In this document: positions 31,459 to 42,288 of the stretch, in pieces
Layout of the letters: each line of letters begins with the position of its first letter
Numbering within the stretch: the stretch's first letter is position 1
Assembly (NCBI GenBank): GCA_965216755.1
Contig: CBDCGL010000011.1
Coordinates: 2,592,001 to 2,656,000, forward strand
DNA from: Alphaproteobacteria bacterium
GTDB taxonomy: Bacteria > Pseudomonadota > Alphaproteobacteria > UBA7887
Direction: 5' to 3'
DNA: 64,000 bases
Notes under the pieces: model-generated
Told to the model about the DNA's origin: nothing
Seen by the model: the letters and a program-made list of their open reading frames with translations, nothing else
The model's database searches: none
Program-made: the position numbers and the translations under genes

Positions 31459-32789
31459 TGGGGGCGTCCGCGTCACAATCCGATGACCCCCAACCAGCCA
31501 TGTTGCCGGCGCTCTATCGCGGCCTGACGATCGCGCTGTCGCCCCTGGCCGGGCCATTGCTGCGACGCCGCGTTGCAGCGGGCAAAGAAGATCCCGAACG
31601 GCTCGGCGAACGCTGGGGCATCGCCGGCGCGGCGCGCCCGCCCGGCACGCTGATTTGGATTCACGCGGCGAGCGTCGGCGAAGCGCTCTCGGTGTTGCCG
31701 ATCATCCAACGCATCCTCGCCGATGCCGACGACCGTCACGTCTTGGTCACCAGCGGCACGGTGACCTCGGCGCGACTGCTGCGTGAACGGTTGCCGGGCC
31801 GGGCGCTCCATCAATTCGTGCCCATAGATCAACCGCGCGCGGTGCGTCGCTTCCTGGATCATTGGCAACCCGCACTGGCTTTATGGGTCGAATCCGAGTT
31901 CTGGCCCAATCTGCTGGCGGCGACGCAGGCGCGCGCCATCCCGACAGCACTGATCCAAGCGCGGCTATCGGCAAGGTCCTTTCGCCGTTGGCAGCAGGCG
32001 TCCGGCTTGGTGGCGCCTTTGCTGCGCGGATTTGCCGCCGTCTTGGCGCAAACCGACGCCGACGCGCGCCGCCTCGGTGCCTTGGGCGCCACCAACCCGA
32101 TTGTCACCGGGACATTGAAGTACGCCAGCGCGCCCTTACCGATTGACGCTGGCGAGGCGGAAAATCTGCGCGCGGCGATCGACCAGCGCGCCCATTGGTT
32201 GGCGGCGAGCACGCATCCGGGTGAGCACGCGCAGATTGTCGCGGCACATCAACGGCTGGCCGAGAGCGATCCGGAATTGTTGACCTTGATCGCGCCACGG
32301 CATCCGCAGCGCGGCACGGACATCGCGGCCCTGGCGCGATCCGCCGGCGTGACCTGCGCCCTGCGTTCGCGCGGCGAGGCGATCACACCAGATACCGCGC
32401 TCTATATTGCGGATACCATCGGTGAGCTTGGCACCTTCTACGATGTCGCCAAGCTGGTTTTCATGGGCGGGTCGCTGATTGCCCATGGCGGACAGAATCT
32501 AATCGAGCCGATGCAAGCCGGCTGTACCGTCATATGCGGACCGTCGATGACCAACTTCGCGGAAGTCATCGACGATTTGTCGGCCGCAAACGCTTTGTGC
32601 CAGATCGACCGCACTGAGGACCTGGCCACGGTCGTGGGTAGGTTCCTGATGGCGCCGACCGAAGCTGCTTTGCTGGCCACGGCACAAGCCAAAGTGATTG
32701 TCGAGAAGGCCGGCGTCCTGGACCAGGTTTGGCGCCGGATCATGCCGCTGATCGCCCGCCTCGAGAGGCACGCCGATGCAGCCACCTGA
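31458..32789 (+). CDS. waaA: Kdo transferase
   Basis: WIHAASVGE, ESEFWPN, ASTHPGE, APRHP.R, DTIGEL, HGGQN.IEP. Confidence 0.95.
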   Translation: MGASASQSDDPQPAMLPALYRGLTIALSPLAGPLLRRRVAAGKEDPERLGERWGIAGAARPPGTLIWIHAASVGEALSVLPIIQRILADADDRHVLVTSGTVTSARLLRERLPGRALHQFVPIDQPRAVRRFLDHWQPALALWVESEFWPNLLAATQARAIPTALIQARLSARSFRRWQQASGLVAPLLRGFAAVLAQTDADARRLGALGATNPIVTGTLKYASAPLPIDAGEAENLRAAIDQRAHWLAASTHPGEHAQIVAAHQRLAESDPELLTLIAPRHPQRGTDIAALARSAGVTCALRSRGEAITPDTALYIADTIGELGTFYDVAKLVFMGGSLIAHGGQNLIEPMQAGCTVICGPSMTNFAEVIDDLSAANALCQIDRTEDLATVVGRFLMAPTEAALLATAQAKVIVEKAGVLDQVWRRIMPLIARLERHADAAT

Positions 32790-33747
32790 CTTTTGGCAGA
32801 CGGATGGACTGCCCGCACGACTGTTGGCACCGGCGGCGTGGCTTTACCTTCGCGCGACGCGCCTGCGCAACGAGCGCGCCGTTGCCCGCGCCGCGCCGGT
32901 GCCCCTTGTCTGTGTCGGCAATCTGGTCGTCGGCGGCGCCGGGAAAACGCCGGTTGCGCTTTCCCTGGCCGATTTTCTCGGTCAGCAAGATCAGGTTCAT
33001 TTCCTAACCCGTGGTTACGGGGGCCGCGCGACCGGCCCGCTGCGGGTGGATCCTTATCTGCACACCGCGGTTGACGTTGGTGATGAAGCCCTGTTGCTGG
33101 CCGACGTCGCGCCAACATGGCTGGCGCGCGATCGGGTTGCCGGGGCGCGCGCGGCGGCGGATGACGGCGCGACCCTGATCATCATGGATGACGGCTTCCA
33201 GAATCCGTACATCCACAAGGATCTGTCGCTGTTGGTTGTCGACGGCGCCGTCGGTTTCGGCAATCGGCGTGTGATTCCGGCAGGACCGTTGCGCGAGACC
33301 ATTGGCGAAGGTCTGGCGCGCGCCGACACCGTGATCATCATGGGCCCGGACAACGCCGGTGTCGCCGGCCTGATACCTTCCCCGATACCGATACTGACCG
33401 CCGCATTGGTGCCCGCCGCGCCGGCGCCTTGGCCACAGGAAAGCCCGGTCATCGCCTTTGCCGGGATCGGCCGGCCGCAGAAGTTTTTTGATACGATCTA
33501 CGACATGGGATGTCGGGTAATCAGCACCCATGAATTCGCGGATCACCATCCCTATATGCCACGCGAACTGACGGAACTTAGCGACGAAGCCGCGCGCGAC
33601 CGGGCGGTCCTGGTCACCACGACCAAGGACTGGGTCAGGCTGCCGGCGCCCTTTCGCGGGTCGGTCTACACCTTGCCGGTAACCGTCGCCTGGCAGAATC
33701 CGGAGGCGCTCACCCAGCTTCTCACCAATGTTCCGCGGCCAACCTGA
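32776..33747 (+). CDS. lpxK: Tetraacyldisaccharide 4'-kinase
   Basis: VGNLVVGGAGKTP, RGYG, GDE, DDGFQ, PAGPLRE, F.DHH, TTKD. Confidence 0.95.
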   Translation: MQPPDFWQTDGLPARLLAPAAWLYLRATRLRNERAVARAAPVPLVCVGNLVVGGAGKTPVALSLADFLGQQDQVHFLTRGYGGRATGPLRVDPYLHTAVDVGDEALLLADVAPTWLARDRVAGARAAADDGATLIIMDDGFQNPYIHKDLSLLVVDGAVGFGNRRVIPAGPLRETIGEGLARADTVIIMGPDNAGVAGLIPSPIPILTAALVPAAPAPWPQESPVIAFAGIGRPQKFFDTIYDMGCRVISTHEFADHHPYMPRELTELSDEAARDRAVLVTTTKDWVRLPAPFRGSVYTLPVTVAWQNPEALTQLLTNVPRPT

Positions 33748-34681
33748 CCGCCGTCGCGTGAAGCGGCTGCGCTACGCCTTGGAGTATTGCGTTGTTCGCG
33801 CCTGCTACGCGCTGTTTGGGGCGTTGCCGCTGGATGCGGCGTCGGCGCTTGGCGGCTGGTTGGGGCGCCGGATTGGGCCGCGTCTGGCATTGACCGAACG
33901 CGCCCGCGAAAACTTGACCCACGCCTTCCCCGACCGGAGCGAGGCTGAAGTTGACGCCATTATCGAGGGCATGTGGGACAATCTTGGCCGAGTCCTGGCC
34001 GAATATCCGCATCTCGGCGAGATCAAGGCGTTCGGCCCCGGGTCGCGTATCACGGTCGACGGCTTGGCGCATTTCGATCTCGCCCGCGATGACGGCCGCG
34101 GCGGCATTGTCTTTTCGGCGCATGTTGCCAATTGGGAAACGGGCCCGATCGCCGCGGCCCAGCGTGGTCTGCCGTTGATGCTCGTCTATCGGGCGCCGAA
34201 CAATCCGTGGGTGGGCTCGCTCTTGGATCGCGCGCGCGCGGCGAGCCAGGGAGCGCGGGTGGCAAAAGGCCATCGCGGCATGCGCACCATGGTCGGCGAC
34301 CTAAAAAAAGGTGCGCACATCGCCATTCTGGTCGACCAAAAATACAATGAAGGGGTGCCGATCCCTTTCTTCGGTCGCCCAGCCATGACCTCAACAGCGG
34401 TCGCCGATCTGGCCTTGCGGCTGGATGTGCCGATGGTTCCGGCGCGGGTCGAACGCGTGAAAGGTGCCCACTTCCGAATCACCGTCTACCCGGCGATGAC
34501 GCCGCCAAATGATGCCGACCGCCGCAACGCGGCCATCGCCATGACCACCGCGATGAATCAATTGGTCGAAGAATGGGTGCGCGACCGGCCTGAGCAATGG
34601 CTGTGGATTCACCGTCGCTGGCCTAATGAGCCGGCGGCGGCGCCACCAAAGCGGGGTCAAGCCGCGCATCGAACCAGTTAA
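33728..34681 (+). CDS. lpxL: Lipid A lauroyl/late acyltransferase (LpxL family)
   Basis: SAH.ANWE, YR..NNP, LVDQ, FFG, PEQWLWIHRRW. Alternative GTG start at 33758. Confidence 0.88.
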   Translation: MFRGQPDRRRVKRLRYALEYCVVRACYALFGALPLDAASALGGWLGRRIGPRLALTERARENLTHAFPDRSEAEVDAIIEGMWDNLGRVLAEYPHLGEIKAFGPGSRITVDGLAHFDLARDDGRGGIVFSAHVANWETGPIAAAQRGLPLMLVYRAPNNPWVGSLLDRARAASQGARVAKGHRGMRTMVGDLKKGAHIAILVDQKYNEGVPIPFFGRPAMTSTAVADLALRLDVPMVPARVERVKGAHFRITVYPAMTPPNDADRRNAAIAMTTAMNQLVEEWVRDRPEQWLWIHRRWPNEPAAAPPKRGQAAHRTS

Positions 34682-35438
34682 CCCGCCAATCAAGATGGGC
34701 ACCCGTCGACCGACCACTGGACCCAACCGCGCCGATGGGTTGGCCTCGCGACACTTTGTCGCCAACCGCCACCGCCGCGCTTTGTAGGTGCAAATAGCTG
34801 CTGGTCAAACCATGGCCATGGTCAAGGATGATCGTCAGGCCGGCTAAATACCCATCGTCGACCAACGCCACGACGCCAGCGCCGGCGGCCATGACCGGCG
34901 TGCCCGCGGGCGCGGCAATATCGACGCCATAATGTGGCGATCGTGGCTCACCATTGAGCACCCGTTGACTGCCAAAAACGCCGGTGATCGGCCCATCCAA
35001 CGGCCAAGCGAATCCGTCGGCATAATAGGGCTCTGGCGAGTCGGTGCGTCGTGCCGCCCGAGCACGCGCCGCATCGGCGCGAATGCGTGCCAGGATCTCG
35101 TCGGTAAACGTCACCATGTTTTGCGGCAGGCGATTGATGTGTTGCACCTGATAGCGCCGCTGACGGACATCCAGATAGCGGCGGTCGATCGTGCCATCGG
35201 GCCGCCGTGCCTCGACCACGGCCTGTGGCCCTTGATCGCGGTGAAATCCGAATACGAATCCGCCGTCGGCGCTGACCCGCACCGGCCGGCCGTTGACCAC
35301 GACTTGCGCGCCGGGCATGGTTTGGCCATGCATCAGACCGCCCTGTATCGGATCGCCGGATAGTACCAAATCGTTGGCTGCCGCCGGTGGGACCAGCGAT
35401 GCCAACGAAACGGCGATGGCATACACGACCCGGATCAC
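34623..35438 (-). CDS. M23 family metallopeptidase
   Basis: HYGVD, DHGHG...YLH, STGAHL; signal peptide. Confidence 0.9.
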   Translation of the reverse strand: MIRVVYAIAVSLASLVPPAAANDLVLSGDPIQGGLMHGQTMPGAQVVVNGRPVRVSADGGFVFGFHRDQGPQAVVEARRPDGTIDRRYLDVRQRRYQVQHINRLPQNMVTFTDEILARIRADAARARAARRTDSPEPYYADGFAWPLDGPITGVFGSQRVLNGEPRSPHYGVDIAAPAGTPVMAAGAGVVALVDDGYLAGLTIILDHGHGLTSSYLHLQSAAVAVGDKVSRGQPIGAVGSSGRSTGAHLDWRVNWFDARLDPALVAPPPAH

Positions 35439-36952
35439 AGCAATTCGCCTTGACGATTGTTGGTCGGGCCCTTTGTCGGACCCGCTTTTTTGGGCTTGTC
35501 TCGGGGGATCGGCTCTGTTGGCCGTGCCGCGCCATTGCCCACCACCGCCGGAACGACACCGTCTTGCAGAGAGATATCGACCATGGCGCCGGGTTCTGCT
35601 TGGCTGACATGCTGCACGACGACGCCGGCACGATCGCGGACAACGGCGTAACCGCGCGCCAATACGCGCCGATAGCTCAAGCTCTCCAACATCTGCGCGG
35701 CAGTACCGAAACGTCGCCCTGCCGCCGCCGCCACCTGTTCGAACCCGCGCGCGACGCGGCGATCGGCGACCAGCCGCTGTAGCCGGGCATCGGCGCGGTC
35801 CACCCGCCGTGCTGCGTGGGCGCCGAGATCCGCCGAAAGCCGCGTCAACCTTGCCGTATCGCGGGCCAACACCGCGTGCGGCGTGGTCAGTTGCAGCAAT
35901 AGATTGGTCAACGCCAGGTGGCCGCGTTGAAAACGGGCCGCCATCGCCCGGCCCAGCGTTTCGACGCGCTCATCGAGTCGTTGGGTGGCGTCCTCCAAAA
36001 CCCGTTCCGGCTTCGGCAAACTGCGCGCCAGTGCCTCCAGCGTCCGTTGCCGATCTTGCAGCGCGCGGACCATGGCGCCAATCCGACGGCGCTCAATATC
36101 GCTCAGCGCGACCAACAGTTCGGTGCGCACGGGCACCGCCATCTCTGCGGCCGCAGTCGGCGTCGGCGCGCGCTTGTCGGACGCAAAATCAATCAGTGTC
36201 GTATCGGTTTCATGGCCAACCGCGGATATCAACGGGATCGCGCTGTCAGCGGCGGCGCGCACCACAACTTCTTCGTTGAAAGCCCACAGGTCCTCGATAC
36301 TGCCGCCGCCACGGGCGACGATAAGCACATCCGGGCGGGGCACGGGGCTATCTGCCGCCAATGCGTTGAACCCCCGGATCGCGGCCGCGATTTGTTCTGC
36401 CGCACCTTCACCCTGGACCAAAACCGGCCACAACAAGACCGGGCGCGGAAAACGCGCCCGCAAGCGATGCAAAATGTCGCGAATGACGGCGCCCGTGGGC
36501 GACGTCACCACCCCGATCACGTCCGGCAAATAGGGGATCGGTTGCTTGCGCGCTTCGTCGAACAAGCCCTCGGCGGCTAGCTTTTTGCGCCGTTCCTCCA
36601 ACAACGCCAGCAGCGCACCGACACCCGCCGGCCGCATGGTCTCGATGACGATTTGATAGCGCGACCGCGCGGCATAGGTTGTGATGCGGCCTTCGCATAT
36701 CACCTCGAGACCGTTTTCGGGGCGAAATCTCAGGCCGCTTGCCGTGCCGCGCCACATGACGCCGTCGAGCACCGCCTTTTCGTCCTTTAGCGCCAAATAG
36801 ACATGCCCCGACGCGGCCCGCTTGAAGCCGGAGATCTCGCCGCGCACGCGGACATGGCCAAACGCATCCTCAATGGTGCGCTTGAGCGCGGCCGAAACCT
36901 CGCTAACCGAGAAAGTCGGCAGATTGCGGCTATCGGTATCCGTGTCTGTCAT
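35435..36952 (-). CDS. xseA: Exodeoxyribonuclease VII large subunit
   Basis: [57 protein letters not shown]. Confidence 0.96.
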   Translation of the reverse strand: MTDTDTDSRNLPTFSVSEVSAALKRTIEDAFGHVRVRGEISGFKRAASGHVYLALKDEKAVLDGVMWRGTASGLRFRPENGLEVICEGRITTYAARSRYQIVIETMRPAGVGALLALLEERRKKLAAEGLFDEARKQPIPYLPDVIGVVTSPTGAVIRDILHRLRARFPRPVLLWPVLVQGEGAAEQIAAAIRGFNALAADSPVPRPDVLIVARGGGSIEDLWAFNEEVVVRAAADSAIPLISAVGHETDTTLIDFASDKRAPTPTAAAEMAVPVRTELLVALSDIERRRIGAMVRALQDRQRTLEALARSLPKPERVLEDATQRLDERVETLGRAMAARFQRGHLALTNLLLQLTTPHAVLARDTARLTRLSADLGAHAARRVDRADARLQRLVADRRVARGFEQVAAAAGRRFGTAAQMLESLSYRRVLARGYAVVRDRAGVVVQHVSQAEPGAMVDISLQDGVVPAVVGNGAARPTEPIPRDKPKKAGPTKGPTNNRQGELL

Positions 36953-37076
36953 GGGCTGCGCATGCTAATGCATAAACCATGACTGTGGAATCATCGGACA
37001 ACGTTGACTCGGCCTGGGTCATCGGTTGCTATGGCGCCAATCAGAGTTGCGACGACGGGAGTCGATAGAACAGCGG

Positions 37077-38360
37077 ATGAATCTGTTGGTATTGGGATCG
37101 GGCGGCCGCGAGCACGCCTTATGTTGGGCGATCAGCGCGTCGCCCCTGTGTGACCGCCTCTATTGCGCACCCGGCAATGCCGGAATTGGTGAAATCGCAA
37201 CTTTGGTGGCTATCGACCCGGCCGACGCGGACAGCGTCATCGCTTTGTGCCGCGACCACGCCATCGACTTGGTCGTGGTCGGGCCCGAAGCGCCGCTGGT
37301 TGCTGGAATCGTAGACCAACTCGAGGCAGCCGGGATCGCCGCCTTCGGCCCAACCGCAGCGGCCGCGCGCCTGGAAGGGTCGAAGGCGTTTGCCAAGGAC
37401 CTTTGTCGACGCCACGGCATCCCGACCGCCGCGGCCCGCCAGTTTGTGGATCCGGAAGCGGCCAAGGCATATGTTCGAAGCTGCGCCGCGCCGCAGGTCG
37501 TGAAAGTCGATGGCCTGGCCGCTGGCAAGGGCGTCATCGTGCCGGACAGCGTTGCGGAGACCTTGGATGCGATCGATCAGCTGACCAAGGACTTCGGCGC
37601 GGCCGCCGGTACGTTGATTATCGAAGAACGCTTGATCGGCGAAGAGGCGAGCTTTTTGGCGTTGGTCGATGGTCGAACGGCCCTGCCACTCGCCAGCGCG
37701 CAAGATCACAAGGCGGTCGGCGAAGGGGATACGGGACCCAACACCGGTGGCATGGGTGCCTATTCCCCGGCGCCGATCTTGACGGCAGATCGCGAGCAGC
37801 AGGTGATGGACGAAATTGTTGAGCCCGTGGTTGCCGCCATGGCGGCCGCCGGCACGCCCTATAAGGGGGTGCTGTATGTCGGCTTGATGATCACCGCGAA
37901 CGGCCTGCGGGTGCTGGAGTTCAATGTTCGTTTCGGCGACCCGGAATGTCAGGTGCTGATGGCGCGCTTGATGTCCGACATTGTGCCGGCCCTGTTGGCC
38001 GCCCGCGACGGCGAACTCGCCTCGTTCACACTGCGCTGGCGGCCGCAAGCGGCGCTTTGTGTGGTGATGGCCGCGAACGGCTACCCGGGCAGCTATGAAA
38101 AGGGCAGCGCGATTTGCGGTTTGGACACGCTGTCCGATAACCCGAACGTGGTCGTGTTTCACGCCGGGACCCGCCGCGACGCCGATACGGTGCGCGCCCA
38201 TGGTGGCCGGGTGCTGGGAGTCACCGGTATGGGCGATAGCATCGACGACGCCCGGCGGCAGGCCTATGATGCGGTTGATCGGATCAATTGGCCGGGCGGT
38301 TTTTGCCGCCGCGACATTGGTTGGCGCGCGCGCAAGCAGGCGCCGGCTTTGGAGTCTTAG
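37077..38360 (+). CDS. purD: Phosphoribosylamine--glycine ligase
   Basis: GSGGREHAL, APGNAG, VGPEAPL, DGLAAGKG, GPNTGGMGAYSP, EFNVRFGDPE. Confidence 0.97.
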   Translation: MNLLVLGSGGREHALCWAISASPLCDRLYCAPGNAGIGEIATLVAIDPADADSVIALCRDHAIDLVVVGPEAPLVAGIVDQLEAAGIAAFGPTAAAARLEGSKAFAKDLCRRHGIPTAAARQFVDPEAAKAYVRSCAAPQVVKVDGLAAGKGVIVPDSVAETLDAIDQLTKDFGAAAGTLIIEERLIGEEASFLALVDGRTALPLASAQDHKAVGEGDTGPNTGGMGAYSPAPILTADREQQVMDEIVEPVVAAMAAAGTPYKGVLYVGLMITANGLRVLEFNVRFGDPECQVLMARLMSDIVPALLAARDGELASFTLRWRPQAALCVVMAANGYPGSYEKGSAICGLDTLSDNPNVVVFHAGTRRDADTVRAHGGRVLGVTGMGDSIDDARRQAYDAVDRINWPGGFCRRDIGWRARKQAPALES

Positions 38361-38362
38361 AC

Positions 38363-39661
38363 GTGAGCAGTGGCGTCGACACTGAAACGGAAGGTCGTGC
38401 CGAGCCGTCAGTTGCCTTGGTCGTGGATGCATGTTTGGAGCGTATCGCCCGCGCCGACGGAGACATTCGAGCCTGGCAGCATATCGCTGATGACGCCGCG
38501 CGCGCGGCAGCGCGTCAGATGGACCATGACGGTCATGCGGGTCCCCTGAAAGGCATGCCGATCGGCGTCAAGGACCTAATCGATACCGTCGACGCACCCA
38601 CCACCTATGGGTCGCCGATCTATGCCGACCATCGACCGATCCGGGATGCCGCTTGTGTCGCCGCATTACGCAAGGCCGGCGCGGTGATCATCGGCAAAAC
38701 GGTCACCACCGAGTTCGCCACGTTCAAGCCGCCGGTAACGGTCAACCCCCACAATCCGGCGCACACACCGGGCGGGTCGTCCAGCGGCTCCGCGGCGGCG
38801 GTGGCCGCCAATATGGTTCCCGTCGCATTGGGGACCCAAACTGCCGGGTCGGTGATTAGACCCGCCGCGTTTTGTGGCGTGGTCGGCTACAAACCAACGG
38901 TCGGTACCGTCCCTACCGAAGGCGTCAAGCCGCTGTCCGCCTATCTGGACACGGTCGGCACGCTCGCCCGCCACGTCCGCGATGCTGCATTGGTCGCTGC
39001 CGCCATGGCCGGCCCCAACGCCAAGCTGACCTTGGCCGATGCCGACGCCCTTGGCCAGCCAACGGCCGAGCAGACACCACCGAAACTGGGCTTCTGCCAA
39101 ACACCTTTTTGGGATCGCGCCACGCCCGCGACCCAGCAGGCCCTGACAGAGCTTTGCGCGCGTTTGCGGGCCGCCGGTGTCAAAATTGAGGCGGTTACAT
39201 TGCCGGATAGGTTCGCCGATCTGAATGACGCTCAGAATGTCATCATGTGGGGACAAAGCGCGGTGTCCTTGCGCAACGAGCGCTACAGCCGCCCGGAATT
39301 GCTGAGCGACGGCCTGCGCGCGCATTTGACGGCCGGCGCCGACCATGGCCCCGAACAGATCGCTGAACGCTGCGCGTTTGTCGATCAGCAACGCGACAAA
39401 CTCGACACCATACTCGGCCCCCATGACGCCTTGATCGTGCCCGCGGCGATCGGTGAAGCCCCGACCAGTGAAACCACCGGCGATCCCCTCTTCAACCGCA
39501 TGTGGACGGCTCTTGGCACGCCGTGTATCACCGTCCCGATCGCGCGCGGCCCGAATGGGCTGCCGCTCGGCGTCCAATTTGTCGGTCGGCTAGGCGACGA
39601 TGGCCGGCTGCTGGCCGCGGCCCAATGGGTCGAAAGCGTTCTGTCGCAATCCACGTACTAA
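38363..39661 (+). CDS. Amidase signature family protein
   Basis: GVKD, GKTVTTEF, PGGSSSGSAAAV, GTQTAGSVIRPA; GTG after RBS GGAG. Confidence 0.92.
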   Translation: MSSGVDTETEGRAEPSVALVVDACLERIARADGDIRAWQHIADDAARAAARQMDHDGHAGPLKGMPIGVKDLIDTVDAPTTYGSPIYADHRPIRDAACVAALRKAGAVIIGKTVTTEFATFKPPVTVNPHNPAHTPGGSSSGSAAAVAANMVPVALGTQTAGSVIRPAAFCGVVGYKPTVGTVPTEGVKPLSAYLDTVGTLARHVRDAALVAAAMAGPNAKLTLADADALGQPTAEQTPPKLGFCQTPFWDRATPATQQALTELCARLRAAGVKIEAVTLPDRFADLNDAQNVIMWGQSAVSLRNERYSRPELLSDGLRAHLTAGADHGPEQIAERCAFVDQQRDKLDTILGPHDALIVPAAIGEAPTSETTGDPLFNRMWTALGTPCITVPIARGPNGLPLGVQFVGRLGDDGRLLAAAQWVESVLSQSTY

Positions 39662-39667
39662 AACGGC

Positions 39668-40249
39668 ATGCGTGACGGCGACTACGTGTTTGGGTTTGGG
39701 TCTTTGGTGCGCTTGACCGATCTTGCGACGTTTTTAGGGCGCGCACCCTTCGCCGACGACGAATTCGCCCACTGTCATTTGCGCGAGCATCGACGCAGCT
39801 GGAATATCGCCCGCGACAATCTGATGGACCTTCCAAAGCGGCCGCATTTTGTCTGTCCAGACAGCGGTGAACGCCTGGCCGTGTTCGTGACCGTGCTGAA
39901 TATCCGTGCGCAGGCGGGCGCCGCCGTCAATGGCATTGCCTTTCGTGTTTCCGAGTCCGAATTGGCCAAATTGGATCATCGCGAAGCGAGCTACGACCGG
40001 ATCGAGATGACCGGCGCGACCGACGTGGCCTTGCCCGGACGGTTGTGGGCCTATCGCGGCAAGGCGGCCGCCGAACGGCGCTACAAAATTGGCGTGGCTG
40101 CGGGCACGGCGGTCGTCAATCAGGCCTATCACGAATCCGTGGTGACCGGCTTTGCTGATCATGGGACCGATTTTGTCGATCGCTATCATGCCACCACTGA
40201 CGCGCCGGCGGTCCCATTGCGGCCACTTAGACGGGTCGAGCCGATCTAG
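39668..40249 (+). CDS. Gamma-glutamylcyclotransferase-fold protein
   Basis: N-terminal YVFGFGSL; LDHRE..Y. Confidence 0.72.
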   Translation: MRDGDYVFGFGSLVRLTDLATFLGRAPFADDEFAHCHLREHRRSWNIARDNLMDLPKRPHFVCPDSGERLAVFVTVLNIRAQAGAAVNGIAFRVSESELAKLDHREASYDRIEMTGATDVALPGRLWAYRGKAAAERRYKIGVAAGTAVVNQAYHESVVTGFADHGTDFVDRYHATTDAPAVPLRPLRRVEPI

Positions 40250-40697
40250 ACCGCTTGGCGGCAAAGAACTTTTGCAGCAACGCGCTGGCACGACGCGCGT
40301 CGATACCGCCATAGACCTCTGGCCGATGATGGCAGGTCGGTTGCGCAAACATGCGCGCGCCGTGCTCGACGCCGCCGCCTTTCGGGTCCGCGGCGCCGAA
40401 ATAAAGCCGGCGGACACGCGCAAAAGCGATCGCCTGCGCACACATAGCGCACGGCTCCAGGGTAACATAGAGATCGCAGTCGGCCAGCCGCGGCGTGCCG
40501 AGCCGTGCGGCGGCCGTGCGCAGCACCAACATTTCGGCGTGCGCGGTCGGGTCACGGTCCGTCTCGATGCGATTGCCGCGTGCGGCGACCACCCGGCCCC
40601 GGCGGTCGACCAACACCGCCCCGACCGGAACCTCGCCCTGCGCCATGGCGCGGGTCGCCTGCTCAAGGGCAAGTTCCATGAAACCAGGCGTGTTCAT
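40227..40697 (-). CDS. tadA: tRNA adenosine(34) deaminase / nucleoside deaminase
   Basis: GEVPVGAV, DPTAHAE, TLEPCAMC, DPKGG. Confidence 0.9.
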   Translation of the reverse strand: MNTPGFMELALEQATRAMAQGEVPVGAVLVDRRGRVVAARGNRIETDRDPTAHAEMLVLRTAAARLGTPRLADCDLYVTLEPCAMCAQAIAFARVRRLYFGAADPKGGGVEHGARMFAQPTCHHRPEVYGGIDARRASALLQKFFAAKRSRSARPV

Positions 40698-40783
40698 TCG
40701 GTCAACGTCACCGAGCCGGGCGGCCGGGTCAACCCCGCTGGCGATCGTTGCGCGGCCGTCGTGTCGACCCTATGTTCCCTGTC

Positions 40784-41509
40784 ATGACCGCAACCCGCAC
40801 AGCACCGGTGATCGGCGTCACACTGGACCACGAAATGCCCGGCAGCTATTCGAAGTTTCCGTGGTATGCCCTGCGTGAGAACTATGCCACATCGCTGGCC
40901 AAAGCCGGCGCCGTGCCGATCGCCCTGCCCCATGGTTGCGACGATGTGTCCGCTTATTTGGACCTGATTGACGGGTTGGTCATTACCGGTGGCGCCTTCG
41001 ACGTCGACCCGGCCTTGTTCGGCGAGTCAAACCGCCACGATTCGGTGACCTTGAAAGCCGGCCGCACGGACTTCGAACTCGCGGTGACCCGCGGCGCGCT
41101 CGACCGCGATATGCCGGTATTGGGCATTTGCGGCGGCCAACAGCTGCTTAACGTCGCCCTGGGCGGCACCTTGATACAGCACATTCCCGATGCCATCCCC
41201 GGCGCCCTTGCCCACGAGCAACCCAACCCACGCGATCAGGCCGGCCACGGCGTGCGGATCACGGCCGGCACGCGACTGCGTGACATCGTCGGCTGCGATT
41301 CGCTGGATGTGAACAGCGCCCATCACCAAGCGGTGCGCGAACCGGCCCCGGGCCTGATCGTCGACGCGGTCGCCCCCGACGGTGTCATCGAAGGAATCGA
41401 AGCCCCGGACCGACGTTTTTGCCTGGGCGTTCAATGGCATCCGGAGTTTTCGATCTCACCCGGCGACGACGCCATATTGCGCGCGTTCGTCACCGCGTGT
41501 GCGGGATGA
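40784..41509 (+). CDS. Peptidase C26 / gamma-glutamyl-gamma-aminobutyrate hydrolase family
   Basis: TGG..DVDP, LGICGG.Q, VNSAHHQAV, GVQWHPE. Confidence 0.9.
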   Translation: MTATRTAPVIGVTLDHEMPGSYSKFPWYALRENYATSLAKAGAVPIALPHGCDDVSAYLDLIDGLVITGGAFDVDPALFGESNRHDSVTLKAGRTDFELAVTRGALDRDMPVLGICGGQQLLNVALGGTLIQHIPDAIPGALAHEQPNPRDQAGHGVRITAGTRLRDIVGCDSLDVNSAHHQAVREPAPGLIVDAVAPDGVIEGIEAPDRRFCLGVQWHPEFSISPGDDAILRAFVTACAG

Positions 41510-42288
41510 CCCCGCCGTCAAAGCCGCCCCAGGGTGAACGTATTGCCAAGCGCCTGGCGCGCGCCGGCGTTTGCTCACGGCGCGACGCCGAGCGGATGAT
41601 TGCCGCGGGCCGTGTTCGGGTCGACGGCACCGTTTTGACCAGCCCAGCCGTCAATGTTGGCCCCGACGCCAAGGTTGACGTTGACGGCAAGCGGATCGCC
41701 ACGCCAGAGCCGCCGCGGCTGTGGCGCTTTCACAAGCCAACTGGCCTCGCCACCACCCACCGCGACCCCGAAGGCCGCCCGACCGTGTTTGCCGCGCTGC
41801 CAAACGACATGCCGCGGGTTATATCGATTGGCCGGCTCGATATTGCCTCAGAGGGCTTATTGCTGTTGACCAATGACGGCGAGCTGGCGCGGCGGCTGGA
41901 ACTGCCACGTACGGGTTGGACTCGGCGTTATCGCGTACGCGTATTCGGAATGCCCAACCCCGCCGCCCTGGCATCGCTGGCCAAAGGCTTGCGCATCGAA
42001 GACTTCCGCTATGGACCCGTCAAAGCCGTGATCGAGCGGCAAACCGGCCGCAACGCCTGGCTGAGCGTGTCCCTGCAAGAGGGCAAGAATCGTGAAGTGC
42101 GCAAGGTCCTTGAACATCTCGGATTGCAGGTCAATCGCCTGATCCGGGTCGGGTTCGGACCATTCCAATTGGGCCAATTGAAGGCCGGCGCGGTCGCCGA
42201 GGTGCCGCGGCGGGTGCTACGGGAACAGTTGGGCGCCGCGTGGCACGCGTTGTCGGTCGGTGGAACGGCCAAAAGGTCGCGTCGATGA
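41506..42288 (+). CDS. rluB: rRNA pseudouridine synthase (RluB-like)
   Basis: S4 domain AGVCSRR, GRLD..SEGLLLLTNDG, EGKNREVR; ATGA overlap with the upstream gene. Confidence 0.85.
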   Translation: MTPPSKPPQGERIAKRLARAGVCSRRDAERMIAAGRVRVDGTVLTSPAVNVGPDAKVDVDGKRIATPEPPRLWRFHKPTGLATTHRDPEGRPTVFAALPNDMPRVISIGRLDIASEGLLLLTNDGELARRLELPRTGWTRRYRVRVFGMPNPAALASLAKGLRIEDFRYGPVKAVIERQTGRNAWLSVSLQEGKNREVRKVLEHLGLQVNRLIRVGFGPFQLGQLKAGAVAEVPRRVLREQLGAAWHALSVGGTAKRSRR

